A DNA stretch of 61,848 nucleotides, filler included, from Sphacelaria rigidula (GCA_964200075.2; 10 parts of 10 records of this genome joined end to end with filler, not necessarily neighbours in it), one strand, 5' to 3'. Positions 13,198 to 26,393 are shown, counted from the whole stretch's first letter. A program made the numbers and translations. The notes: generated by a model from the letters alone, not told the origin.

Positions 13198-13754
13198 TAG
13201 GGAGGGGGAGGGGGAAGGGGAGATATATGTGAATGAGAGTACGGCCACATGCAGGGAGAAAATTCCCACAAAGTGTTTGTCGGGGATGAGAATCGCGGCG
13301 GAGAGGTGGCTACTATATTGAACTGATTTATTTCATCGAACGATCAAATATTTGGAAGTTTTGGAGGTACAATAAGCAGCAGTAAAGGAAACGCGCAGGA
13401 TGACGATGAATGAGCTCAAACGTTTGTACCGTGTGTGCGTTTTTTTTTTTCCCCTTTCCCTCCTATTTTTGTCCTTTTTCGGCCAGTAGTGTTGACCACT
13501 TGGTCGATTAGAACCTTCCCGGAATATTATTATTTAGTTTGAGTGTAAACACCGATATTCGGATCTTCAGCGGGGCTGACAGCCTCAACTGCCCCTCTCG
13601 TTTTCGTCAAAATTGGCGCCTTCGGCGTCGTTTTGAGGTCTGCCAATGCCACACTCTGTCCAGGGAACGCTCCACACACCCCTTGCCCGAGAATTCTCGG
13701 TATGCCTGGGGTTTGGGTTGGGGTTAGGGATAGCATTATTAAAAAATATATATG

Positions 13755-14643
13755 CAGTGAGCTGCTCTCAGTAGTGCCGGTTGAATAGTGCCAACGACCT
13801 ATATAATGCCGGTAAAATCTCCGGGCACAGCCAGAGCTCGCAGTAGTGCCGCCTGACACTACTGACGGATGACCCTCAGTAGTGCCGGTTTGAACGGTTT
13901 TGTACCCTTAACAGTGCCGGTTCTGGACACACTCACGCACGCCTTACCCCCCACCAACCAAGCACCAGTAGGGGTACAGAAGGGTACGTGCTGGTGCAGA
14001 CCTTGCAACGTAGGGACACAATATGCCTTGTGCGGAAGGTGAACTGTGCCTGGTGCAGGCCACGACGCCAGAAGGCCGTCATGGTCACGGTTGCCAGGGG
14101 ACATGTGGCGGGAGGCTCCACGATATTAGCATGTTTGGCGACAACGAAATGCACCGCATTTGCAGCAAGTGCCTTCAACAAAAGGGCAAGCGCACAAAAT
14201 TTTCATCCGAGGGTGGTGGATCGGGGCAACTTTTGTGGCCGTACTGCTGCTGTTGTGCTAGCAGGGAAGGAAACTATTAACCTGTGAACAGGATCAATCA
14301 AGTTGAATGTGAAAAACAAAAAACATCGGGTTTAGATCTGCTACCCCGAAACCTTACGTAACGTATCCTATCGAAACCCCTTGAAACAAAGGTCCTCGTC
14401 CGTTTTGTGCTTCCGTTGGTCCCACGAAGGGCATGCGGAGCACTGTACGAACGGACGGTCGTCAGTAGTACCAGAACCGGCACTACTGAGGTATTCAGAG
14501 CCCTCAATTGTACCTGTTTTGGCACTTTTCAGAGTAGTGCCGGGCTCTCTGAGTAGTGCCGCTGTCCGTGGTGGGCACTCTAGCCTCTGCCAGACGATCT
14601 GGACAAGAGGACTATCCACGAGGGAGTCCTCCAGTAGCGCTGG
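13755..14643. mobile_element. Non-autonomous DNA-transposon-like element with repeated AGTAGTGCCGG motifs and an internal Cys/His finger remnant
   Basis: ~10 motif copies in two clusters (13770-13920, 14464-14643), in both orientations; ORF 14023-14280 has CGGRLH...NEMHRICSKC. Confidence 0.5.
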
Positions 14644-15034
14644 CCTCGTGCTCAACAAGTCCTTTCTTCTCACTTGTTATTATCATAGAGTAAACAGCTG
14701 CGGCCCGCCCCATCAAGCATGGGCCACACAGCAAGGATCATCATCCACAGGATGACCTTGTCCCCTGGTCATCATCCAGCCCACATGATACATTTACTAC
14801 GCCTTGGTGTATTTTGGCTACAGCACCCCCAAAGCGAGTTCAAGACAAACGAACGAGCTTGACAACCAACAGAAAAACAACGCGAATTCGCATGCTCCAA
14901 ATCAAAAAGAAATGCCGTACTCCGACGCTATTTCACGTGTCAGCGCCCGAGTCAGCCTCAGTTTACGCAATTCCTGCGCAACAAATGGAGACGCAGAAAA
15001 AATTGTCTTCCGAAGAGACTTCTATGTACTTTCT

Positions 15035-15335
15035 TCAGCACCGAACCCATCTCAATCGACCAAAACAATAACATGACCATTGCTTCATAGCAATTCGACC
15101 AATGGGTATACGCAACATCAAATGGGTGTTGCACCTCCAGTGCGTCGCTCTTCTGCGCGATTCTTGTACTCGGTTCTTGAAGTGCGTGGCGGTATCACTA
15201 ACCCACACACGCCGCACCCCCAAAGTCTTGCATCATTGCAACGATTACTTTGCCGTAACCTCGGCAGTGCAAGTCTCGGTTGGTTCCAACCAAACGACAT
15301 TCGACAAAACATTCGGGATAACAAACATACAGCAA
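15035..15335 (-). pseudogene. Gypsy integrase core fragment (second copy)
   Basis: LSNVVWLEPTETCTAEVTAK*...LGVRRVWVSDTATHFKNRV, with stops. Confidence 0.75.
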
Positions 15336-16079
15336 ACCATCAGGCGGTTAGTACCGTCAAGTTCGCTACTTCCGACGTACGAAAACCAAATTGAACAACC
15401 TCACCTGGCGCAATACCTTGAACAGTATCACCAAAAACGTGCCACGGGCAAGGATCAGTTTTCATACGTGCATAATTTCTTTGATCCTCAAACACACGAA
15501 AACTCGTGTGATCTCTTCTCACAGACAACGAGCCTACGCATTTCGTAGTTTCAGCTCATTTTCACGTCATCAGCAGTAGCCACCGTCTCCTACAGTCAGT
15601 ACGAGCTTCATTTCATTCATCATTCATCAGTATTTTGTTAACGGCCTCACCCTGACGGTCATCAGACACCATGCACATCAGTAGCATTCGAGCAAAAATT
15701 CCACACATGCTTGCCAAGATCCCACTCAGCATACGAAAAATCGTACATGCATGCCAATATTTGACTCAGGACCTGCAATGCAATCCGTGTTGCACAAACC
15801 ATGCATCATGCATGCTATTCAGAGCAGCACAACACAATCATACCAAATTCCACGCGTACACCGCTATTTTCCAGCGAACGCAACACGAGCACACCCGCTC
15901 TACTGTCATGCTTCATGCGCGAACAGCAACACAAATATGACCCAAAAGCACACCACAACCTTTAATCGTCAGAAAATGATTCGGAAATACCAGTCATCAT
16001 GTGTGTCCTCATGCTCAACAAGCACCCTCACAAGTACTTGCTCCTCGACAATTTTCAATCCGGAGCTCACCACTGTCAC

Positions 16080-18206
16080 TCATCTCAGGTGATCCCCGCT
16101 TTGTAGTCTTCCAGTCCGCTCCTGCGAAGTAGCAGCACTGGAACCACTACCTTTTGCACACCATAGAGCAAAACTTCCTCTCGTACGGTAGCTCCTGGCA
16201 GCCACATCTAGCACCCCCATGGTGAATCTCAACATGCCACCAAACAGCACATCCTTACTGCCGAACCAATGCGACACATACTCTGCCTCCACAGAAGCTT
16301 GCGCTTCGACGATTTCTCCTGTTTCAGTCGCTTCTTTAGGCGAAACGAGAGGTGGAACGGGAACAACCATACAGTCCCGCAGAGCAACAGCTCTCGAGGG
16401 CACCACACCATCCTCATTAAGCACCTGACCTGACATCATATGAGCAATATCACGCATCATTCGCTTACATTTACGATGGGACAACGGCGAATTGACCATC
16501 CGAAATCTACGATCCATCAATGCCTTATTAAACGCCCTCACCGCACAATTCTTCACATGTCATCCCGTATCGCCGACCCGTACCTCCGGCGACCCCATCG
16601 CTTTCGCTTTGAACCATGTCAGAAATTGCTCCGCCTCCTTCGCCTCCACATTAGACTGTGCGGGCTCCAACCACACGAAGTTGCTCGCATCGTCTTTGAT
16701 CACCAAATTATCTTGGATCGGACGTTGTCCAACCCACCATTTTCCAGCTGACCACTCGCTCCATCGCTGAGGAAATTGAATTTCATCACCTCCTCCGGAC
16801 GAATACCCTGCACCTTATCCCCACCATGCACCATATCCTCGTGGGGAGGGGATATGTGCGCCCCCACCTTGGATTCGCTCACCCGTCGTGAGCAGAATAT
16901 TTCCGGCATTTCCATCGCCGCTCTCTCCAAGCTTGACTGCAAACTGCAGTACAGTAACACAAATGCCACCAAAACTGCAACGCACGAAGCTAGCTATCCG
17001 GCCTTCACCGGATCGTTGCAATTGGGCTGAGCCTTCGCAGCCGTCGCCTGTGACTGTGGCTGCACCCTCATAGGCAGTACGGCTCCACTCTCAGGAGCTT
17101 CCTCTTCATTTCCACCTGTATCCTTCTTGCTCTCACTTTGGAACGACCACTCAGGGACGATCACCCGCCTAGCCGGAAGATAGTTGTGGTTGTTCACCCC
17201 GGTCTGCACCGGCACAGCACGCGGGCGTAACTTTTCCAAAGCCAGGGGATACAAATCTACCCTGAGTTCCTTCATAGTCGCCATGCCAAACAACACAACG
17301 TTGTCGTTGCCAGGCATGACCGCAAAAATGATTGGCGACATCTCCACAGCACCCCACGGCGTTCGCACGCTTACAGCAATAGGCACCGTCTCATCAGAAA
17401 TAGTCACGGGCGCACCCGTGGCGCTCTGTGCCATTTGCGGATTATTTCCAAATGGTAGCTGTAGCTGGGCGCATCCAAACTGTGAAGATATCTGTTGCAG
17501 CAACCCCACACTTTTTTATGTGAGTGCTGATCCAGAGTCAAGAAAAAGCGCGAGCCATAAATGAACCAACAGAACCGGATATAGATAGACCAGCGCGCAA
17601 GAATTCTGCGCTACGGTCGACAGGTACCACACCTGCCGAAGAAAACTCTGGTTAGTACCTAGAGTCACTCGACGCCAAGGCAGCGCTCCAGCACTTGACA
17701 TCGATGCTTGAGCATTCGTCGTAACAGTGGGAGATACACCCGACACGAATCCTGCCGTGCCTATGGGTTGCGAGCCTTCCGCTCCAGCACTCCCCACCAA
17801 AGTATTACCTCCTCCCACATATGTTAACCGCCCCGATACAGATGAACCTAGCGATCTAACGTCATCACTTGAAAACGCACTTAGGGATACAGTAGCGGCG
17901 GAATTACACTTCTCCGTCGCTTGGTTTCATTTTTGGCCCCTACCCGTATCTCTGGTTGCTCCGACCTTGTCCGCTATAACGACCACCTCGAGATCTTGAC
18001 CTATGTCGCGCATTTCCTGGCGCAGCGCCTTTAGCGCGAGGCTTAAAGCAACTTCTTATAATATGCCCATGGTCTCCACAATTGTAACATGAGCGAGTGA
18101 AAAACGCTCGCGAAGTCGGCAGCTGTTCCTGTTGCTTGTGCTCGCCATACTTTGACGTTTCTAATGGTTTACCGCAAACCAGCGGCATCGTTGCGAGTTG
18201 AGCCAT
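16080..18206 (-). mobile_element. Decayed Ty3/Gypsy internal region: gag knuckle, protease, integrase; RT/RNase H not seen
   Basis: CYNCGDHGHIIRSC (~18050-18090); LFLDSGSALT (~17530); ..VMPGNDNVVLFGMATMKEL; integrase LVIKDDASNFVWLEPA..GSPEVRVGDTG..NSPLSHRKCKRMMRDI (16720-16450). Confidence 0.85.
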
Positions 18207-18585
18207 GTTTTCTATGACTCAAAATCACGGATAGACTCTTGCCTTAATTGAGCGTCCTTCCAGCGGAGTGTGTTCCTCCAAACGCTGTGCGCTGTAACCT
18301 GTCTACCGTCTGCGGGCTGAACTGACTCAATGCTGCAGCTCAAGCGCTCCTCAGCCAAAAATCCTCTTCTAACAGAGTGCCGGAAGAATGCCTAGATATT
18401 ATCGCCTCTGCCAGAGCAATGCTACGGTAGGGGTGCACTTTTTTCGCGAAATTTTGTCTGGTTCAGGGGCTCCTCACGCTTCTAGNNNNNNNNNNNNNNN
18501 NNNNNNNNNNNNNNNNNNNNNNNNNNNNNTTAATTAATTAANNNNNNNNNNNNNNNNNNNNNNNNNNNNNNNNNNNNNNNNNNNN

Positions 18586-19619
18586 TTGCTCGTCACGTCG
18601 ACCATGCCCGCCAGGGCGTGTGCGGCGCAGACCTCCGCCTTCCTGCTGCCGGCTGCACCGTACGATGGAATTGTGGAGCAGCCCTCCTTGCTGCACCGCT
18701 TGCTTGTCACATCGACCATGCCCGCCGGGGCGTGTGTTGCGCAGAACTCTGCCTTCCTGCTACCGGCTGCACCAAAAGAAGGTTGAGTGGAGCAGCCCTC
18801 CTTGCTGCACCGCTTGCTCTTCACATGGGCCATGCCCGCTTGGGTGTGTACGGCGCAGAAATCCGCCTCCCTGCTACCGGCTGCACCGAATGACGGTATT
18901 GTGGAGCAGCCCACCTTGCCGCACCGCTTGTTCGCCACATGGACCATGTCCGCCAGGGCGTGTGCGGCGCAGAACTCCGCCTTCTTGCTACCGGCTGCAC
19001 CGAACGATGGTCGAGTGGAGCACCCCTCCTTGCTGCACCGCTTGCTCGTCACATCGACCATGCCCGCTCGTGCATGTGCGGCGCAGAACTTCGCCTCCCT
19101 GCTACCCCCTGCACCCAACGATGGAATTGTAGAGCAGCCCTCCTCACTACATCGCTTGTTCGCCACATCGACCATGCCCGCCAGGGCGTGTGCGGCGCAG
19201 AACTCCGCCTTCTTGCTACCGGCTGTACCGAACGATGGTCGAGTGGAGCAGCCCTCCTTGCTGCACCGCTTGTTCGTCACATGGACCATGCCCGCTGGGG
19301 CGTGTGCGGCGCAGAACTCTTCTTTCTTGCTACTGGCTGCACCGTACGATGGTAGTGTGGAGCAACCTTCCTCGCCGCACCGCTTGCTTCTCACATCGAC
19401 CATGCCCGCCAGGGCGTGTCCAGCGCAGAACTCTGCCTTCCTGCTACCGGCTGCACCGAACGATGGGTATTTGGAGCAGCCCTTCTTGCCGCACCACCTC
19501 ATATTCACATCGACCATTCCCGCCCGCGCATGTTTGGTGCAGAACTCTGCCTTCCTGCTATCCGCTATGCCCACTGATGCTTCCGTGGTGCAACTCGTGT
19601 GGATGCACATTCCAGGCAT
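18586..19619 (-). CDS. EsV-1-7 cysteine-rich repeat protein (3' end cut by contig end)
   Basis: At least 9 tandem 38-aa (114-nt) units MVDVxxKRCxxxGCSTxPSFGxAGSRKAEFCAAHAxAG (C-x4-C-x16-C-x2-H) with no stops; ATG at 19619, possible splice acceptor just upstream. Confidence 0.9.
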
Positions 19620-19924
19620 CCCCTTCACAACCGCACTACAGAAGGGACAAGGCCGCGGTAGTCCCCGCTGCCGCTGCTGCTGCTGCTACTGCTACTACGA
19701 TCCGCACCGTCACAGACTCGATCACGAGACCCGCTGACCAGTTCAGGAGCATCCTGCACCAATAAACCAGCAAGGAGAATCTTAGGGCGTGCTCATGTAA
19801 AAGATAGATGACCTGTCATCATTGTATATCGGTTGCATATCGGCCCGTGAGATAGAGTGAACTGACACATCAACCGTTGAGTTAGCAGGCGACAGAGATA
19901 AGCATTGCAGCACGGTCGGGGGGG

Positions 19925-19991
19925 CGTACTCGGTTGTTGCTTGCCCCAGTCGTTTGACCATTGACCACGCATCCCTTTCGAGACGGAGCAC
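19925..19991 (-). mobile_element. 67-nt 3' end of the poly(C)-ended LINE with a 15-bp TSD
   Basis: GCACGGTCGGGGGGG at 19910-19924 and 19992-20006 flanks the insert. Confidence 0.88.
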
Positions 19992-22900
19992 GCACGGTCG
20001 GGGGGGGGGGGCTCTTTCAATTAGGAGCGTAGTCTCGGTACGTGTTTTTGCAGGGCGGGGGGCACGACTGATGCAAAGGAAGGAGTGCCGAAGTCTGAAA
20101 AGATGCAAAAGAGTCTACAGTATCGAGGACGCTGGTATGGTTTCTCCACCCATTCGATTTACGTGACACACGACGCGCATGCGATCATTCTGTTCTCTGC
20201 ACCTCACATCGGAGTCACAGGCTGGATGAACCATCAGTACATGTCATTGATACCCCTCAACGTATAAACAATTGATGACGAAAGCCTGCACCAGGCAGAT
20301 GGTGATGTGGAGGTAGGCAGTAGACGCCGATTTATCACGTTTTCAGCGTACTGCCATGGAGACATCACCTCATCCTGTGTGGATGCACAAAGGGTGCTTT
20401 ACGCTAGGTATGGCGGCGACGGTTGTGCATACTACTGCACCCATCATACGGCACTAGCCAGGCAACATGATGATAGCCAGCTGTGCCTACATGAGTCACC
20501 CCTGTCACCACCTGCTAACAATCGGTGCCTCCCATATCTGGGGTACAGCAGGAATGACGCTGAGGGCAATGAAACATGTCTCGAAGATGAGTACACGGAG
20601 TTATCAGCGATGGTATATGTTACAAGAAAAAAACGAATTCGACAGTATTTCTCCTTGAGACTCCTGTACAATAAACCGGCATGGCGTGTTGAAGAAGGAG
20701 GCGTGTTGCCCAAAATCGAGAACGAAGCGATCATCGAATCAATTCATGGGCAGGATTTGATCTCAAAACATGATGATTTGAGCTACGTTTGGGGACACGC
20801 ACACGGAAGCTGCTACCTTGAGAAAGGAGGGACAGACGTCACCAACAGGTGGGGAACAAACTTACGCGTGAAGGCGGACCTTCGAAAACAGCTGTAGAAA
20901 CACGCAAATACGAACGTCATGACACAAAGGGCACAAAACGGCATAGCAGATTTCACGACATGAATAGATGTGCCGGAGGTACTTGGCTGACGGCTGAAGT
21001 GAGCTATGTAGTGGAAGTTTCAGCAAGATCATCCGAACCAAGCGAGGTTTTCGTTTTCCGGAGTGTGTTCCGCAGAATACTGATTTTTTTCCTGGTGTAC
21101 GCACAAATGCGCGAATCCACCATACTACGGACACGAAAACTCGTACGCACCGTTCACAATTGAAACCGTATCGCGGCAAATCTCTGTCGCCGTGTCGTGC
21201 GGTCTCGTAAAACTGATTATGTGCACTACGGAATGCCAGGCGGTGGATAACACATACCATACAGTGCAGATCTCGGTAAAGAACCCGTGCCTCACGATGA
21301 ACTCGCCTTAGAAGACGCGCGGCAATCGTACCATGTTTGCCCCCAGGTGCAAATGAGAAGTCAAACTGTGGTTTGATTTATCGCAATAACCATGTATATA
21401 TTCTTCAATGTCCTTGTTATTCAGGCGGTTGCCAATAATCCGACGACTAAGCAAAGGGTCGGTTAGTGACAGTCTTCCAGGAGCAGCAGATTTCGCAACC
21501 GTGTTGTACAACGCCGAAAACAGATGGCGCGTACGCCCGCCCACCGTGATACTTGAAATGGTTTACTTGGTGTGCGAAACAGCCGCCGCTGTACCGTCCG
21601 TTGTCCGTATTCATGTACTATACTGCCCCATCTGCACTGCAGCACTGCAGCACTGCACGCACCCTGCAGTATGCTGCTGTCGTGGTGCTGCATGCACGTA
21701 CTGAACAACTAGATGCGACGCTTATGGGTACTGGATGTACAGTTACACAGCGGCACTGGCTGCAATGTAGTGTTGCTGCATCGTACACTGTGCTGTCTGT
21801 ACTTCACGTGTGCAGCTGTATCCTTACATATGTTCTCTATCTGCACAGGTGGTCGCATCATGCTTGATGGAGGCGTTCTTGTGATCCTCTGCATCGACAA
21901 CATTCGATTTCTCCAACAGGTCACTTTTCTCAATAAGATGGAGGCGAAGAGAATCCATCAGGGGGAATCCCCGTTCGTAGTCGTTTTCTCTCTCTGAGAG
22001 GTCCTATAGGAACGGTTCGAGCAACATCTGAATCAAGCACCGGAACCTTTGTTTCTCGGAAATATGTTTTCGGGTCAGAGAAAGCGGGTTCGGAAGCGGC
22101 TGTTCGATCACTGCTTGTTTGCGTGTTTTGTCCTTGCATCTGACCACGGGTCTCAGCCAAGAGTATTCAAGTATCGAGTGAAAAGGAATACAAGTGCGCG
22201 AAGAAAACCGTGGACGTGCAAGGGGAAGTGGCTGGTGACGTGGCGGAGCTTGTGATTCGTACCTGGTTGAGCGTAAAAGCCTTTGCCGGAGAGTAACTTG
22301 TTCATGTTTCTAGGATTTCCGGCTCAGTGTAGTGACCGTAAAACCACTACAGGACGCGGTATTATTTGGTGATGGAAGAAGAGTCTGTTGCGTTCGGTGT
22401 GGTGTAGTGAGCCAAGCAACGCCGGTGTTTTGCGGATGATGTTCGCTATTTTCGGTCTTGGTTGATGTCGTGTGTATTCCTTCCTTGGTACATGAATGCT
22501 ACGGTAAGCGCATCGTTACTAACTTCTCTGTTTTGCCTTCAGTGCTGCACTTGGGAACGCGCACACGTGACGGCTGTCGGGGTCGCATTTCCCCTACTTC
22601 CTTTCCACGCCTACATAATTACAGTACCGTAGTTAACATCTGAAAGATGAGATTCCCCTAGCTTTTTCGTGGTGGGAGATATTGAAAAGTGTTTTTGCGT
22701 GCCACCGCTCATCCCAGTGAACGTTCGATCCAAACGTTTGGGGATCGGGAGATACCAAGAATTCTCTCCATATTCCAAACACAGATTTTTTATTTGTGCT
22801 CAGTTTTGAACGCCTCACGGGCCGACCGGTTTTCGGGGATCCTTATACTACTCAGCTCCAGGTTCTGACCCTGGAGCAATTTTGCTCGCTTGAAGCATTT

Positions 22901-23691
22901 TCAATCGGTTTCAATAATAAATGAAAAAAATTGCTTCTTTGAATCGTTCAATCTAATTATTGCTCTAGAGCTGAAAAATTGGTGTTTTGGACCAGGAACA
23001 GTCGATAAGATTCCTTGACGAACAAGGAACTTGTTCCAAATCTCCCCAAAAACACCAACTGAGGATTGTGTTATGAGCACGACCTACTTCTCTTCCCAAT
23101 ATCTATCGCGCCGCCAAGAGTTGTAAGCGTCAAGAACGGATTCTTGACGAGAACACTCAGAAACGTACCGAAAATTGAAAATTGAAAACTGCCCAACCGA
23201 GGTCTGAATAGCTCGGGTGGGGGTGAAACAAATTCTATCACGCTCATGAAAAGGATTTTACGGAATCCTATTATTATTCTTCACCTGTTCGTTGCGCTGG
23301 AGCCTAAACTGACTGTGTTTTGGACCAAAAGTGATCAACAACATCCCCTGTCGGCTCAGTTCGGAGGCCGTTCAATTTTGAGCACAGAGACAACTTTTGT
23401 TTCGGAATGTGTAACGGATGCCTAGTAGTATCTCCCGACTCTCAAACGGTGGGATCAACCGCTTGCTGGCATGAGCGGTAGCACGCGAAAAAAACATCGA
23501 AAATCGCCCACTACAAAGACATTACAAATCTCCCATTTCAAGTGAGAATCAGTATACATACGTACGGTACAGTACAGTACCGTTGCACGGTGGGAATATC
23601 GATAACGGAGGTTTTCTGCGGTAGATTACCGAGATGTTTGATTCCATAGGAACCGCAAACACAACACACCCCAGATGCGTCTGTAACGTTT

Positions 23692-24600
23692 CAAGGGTAG
23701 GTCGAGTAGAGTATGTACTTTCGAATACTCGAGTGAAATACTCAGGTACTTACTCTACTCGACGTTTGAGTAGGCCGAGTACGGCCTGAAAATACTCTAC
23801 TCAAATTTTGAGTACGTCGAGTACGGCCTCAAATTCTCTACTCAAAGGTCGAGTACGACCTCAAATACTCTACTCAAATATTGAGTAAGCACTCTCATTA
23901 CTACTAGAGTAAAGACTACCCCTGACCGTCGGCGACTTCGTGACGTCACTTCACACACCATGTTGAATGCATGGGCGAACGATGGCCATAAAAAAATCAA
24001 AAACGCGTGCAGGTGAATGAACCTACCTGCCCCAGCGCCCCATCTCACCAGCCCCCACCCACGGCTGTTCATACTCGATACCTCGCAACCCCTCCGGTAT
24101 TACTTTCAGTACAGAGCGCTACTCGTCATTATGGAGCAATCGAATAGACGAGTAGTCGAGTAGGCATTATCAAAATGAGCGACTCTACTGGCCAGATAGG
24201 TGACTCCTAAATGGTAGAGTCAGCGGTGGAAACAGTGCAAGACGGGAAAACATCGCAACAGTCGCCAGAGGAAGGAAGACGTTGAAGTTAGAGGTTTTGG
24301 TAAATCGGACCCGGCCTCCGATACTCTACTCAAATTTTGAGTTCGTCGAGTACGGCCTAAAATACCCTACTCAAATATTGAGTAAGCATTCTCAGTGATA
24401 CTTGAGTATAGAGTATCGCTTGAGTATGATCTCAATACTCTGCTCAAAGTTTGAGTACGTTGAGTACGGCCTCAAATACTCTACTCAAAGTTTGAGTACG
24501 TTGAGAACGACCTCAAATACTCTACTCAAACTTCGAGTACGAAAAGTATGACTCTTCGAAAATACTGAGTATTGAGTATACACTACTTGACCTACCCTTG
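23692..24600. mobile_element. MITE with ~27-bp TIRs (CAAGGGTAGGTCRAGTAG) and 41-bp palindromic subterminal tandem repeats
   Basis: TIRs at both ends; unit AAATACTCTACTCAAAKTTTGAGTACGTYGAGTACGGCCTC repeated at 23790-23890 and 24320-24541. Confidence 0.85.
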
Positions 24601-26182
24601 TAAATTTCACACCCTGGACAATAGAAGGCATCTATTGATGTAGCAATAGAATTCACCGTAATAGACGAGTATATTCTCGANNNNNNNNNNNNNNNNNNNN
24701 NNNNNNNNNNNNNNNNNNNNNNNNTTAATTAATTAANNNNNNNNNNNNNNNNNNNNNNNNNNNNNNNNNNNNNNNNNNNNGCTGGTCTCCTTATTATGGG
24801 TTACATGGTCCTTAGTCCCCCCCCCTCCCCCCCCCCCCCCCCTCCCGTGCCCCTCATCCCGTTTGTATTGCCATGAGATAAAACGTTCGAGAGCACGGTA
24901 TCTAGGGGGCACTTGGCTAGTGCAAGAGCGGAAATGACCACATACATGAAAGGAAAGACGAAGTCAATCTCCGTGTATGTATATGTATATACATATGTAT
25001 ATATTTGCATGTATATGTGATTCCAAGTCAGTTGATGACTGTGTCGTATGTTGTTCGCACAAGGTGAGACCCGGGGTTATGGAGCCCTCTGATATGCTGT
25101 CATTTTTCAAACTCGATGCCCTATACAAACGACGGTTCTCTTCTGACCGGTGGTCTGAATAAAAAAGGACTGGTACGATGGTCCGGACAAACGATGTAAA
25201 TTACACTCATGGCTATATTCGTCGACAGCGTATATCGTCGAGGCCGGTCAATAGCCCCGCGGAGTTTCTTCGGCAGTACTGCAGGCTCTTTGGCTGGTGG
25301 AGTGAACCAAGTTTTTGGTGAAGATCTTGTGCCAGGGGGATACGGTCAGCCGTGCCCAGAGCAGCTACTGTGACTGCAACCGTCTCCTCAATATTCACTC
25401 TACATATCGGTTAACATGTGCAGTTCGAAACGATGGAACGTGGCACTTGAGAATCCCTTCGATCACCGAATCGTGCAGCGCCCGACCAGTACTTTCCATA
25501 AGCGGTTATGGTAAGGTACGGGTTCGGGGTCTCCACACCCCAGAAGGTACCCTCGAAAACCAAGCAGTTTATTCAGTCGATACTCGAGATACTCTGTGAT
25601 GCTGTTGAATAAATTTATATATTCGTCACACTTTTAACCCCGCCCCTGCCCGGGGACGTGTCCGTGGATTCACCAGATCAGCACGTCGCTTTTTTGCAGT
25701 TCGGTACTGTATCGCGGATTGGACTCAGCATTCTCGTACCGCTTCAACTCTCGCCAAATCAACTGTCTTTCGCCACTCGCACCCTCATATTTTCAACGAC
25801 GGAAAACCACAGTGCTTCTCCGAAAACAAACCCGTATGCATCCAACTGCAGGGAATCTAACCCGGATTTCTCCGACTGCATTGGATCAGTTGTACCAATG
25901 AGATCATCGGTGTGCCACAGCAGTATTAGGTGGACGCTGCAATACCCCGGCGATCAAGGGTACATTAGATGCGAGAACCACCTCTGGTGTTTATCTAAAA
26001 TTTACCGCTTCTATCGTGTAGCCACAGCGGAGTCCGTAGCGGCTCAGTTGATGCGCAACAATCAATCAACGAATCCACCAACTTCCGCCTCTCCCATCGT
26101 CCGTCTGCCTCCCGCCCACTCGCCCCGCCGCTTTCAACACCCTCCTCCTGGCTGGGTGGTGGGTCTGACGGAATTTGTCTAG

Positions 26183-26393
26183 GTTTCGAGAACTTCGACG
26201 ACAAGAACGAGTTCGAGCAGCTGCTGATCAACTTCACGAACGAGAGCCTGCAGGACACGTTCAACAAGCAGGTGTTCAACAACGAGCTCAAGCTGTACAA
26301 GGACGAGGGGCTCGAGGTCACCGTGTCCAGCACGCCGGATAACACCCAGGGAATCCTGTTGCTGTCACAAAAACCCAATGGGATCATCCCCAG
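26183..26393 (+). CDS. Myosin motor domain, internal exon (switch II/relay helix)
   Basis: AG|..|GT; GFENFDDKNEFEQLLINFTNESLQDTFNKQVFNNELKLYKDEGL..PDN..KPNGIIP. Confidence 0.95.

Noticed and set aside
18586..19619. Endogenous phaeovirus (EsV-1-like provirus)
   Set aside because: No NCLDV core genes or gene-dense viral context; EsV-1-7 repeats are common in host genes
18787..19737. 316-aa plus-strand ORF and other overlapping frames
   Set aside because: Antisense/alternate-frame shadows of the GC-rich EsV-1-7 repeat
23790..24541. CRISPR-like palindromic 41-bp repeats
   Set aside because: Head-to-tail with no unique spacers, enclosed by TIRs, no cas genes, eukaryotic context
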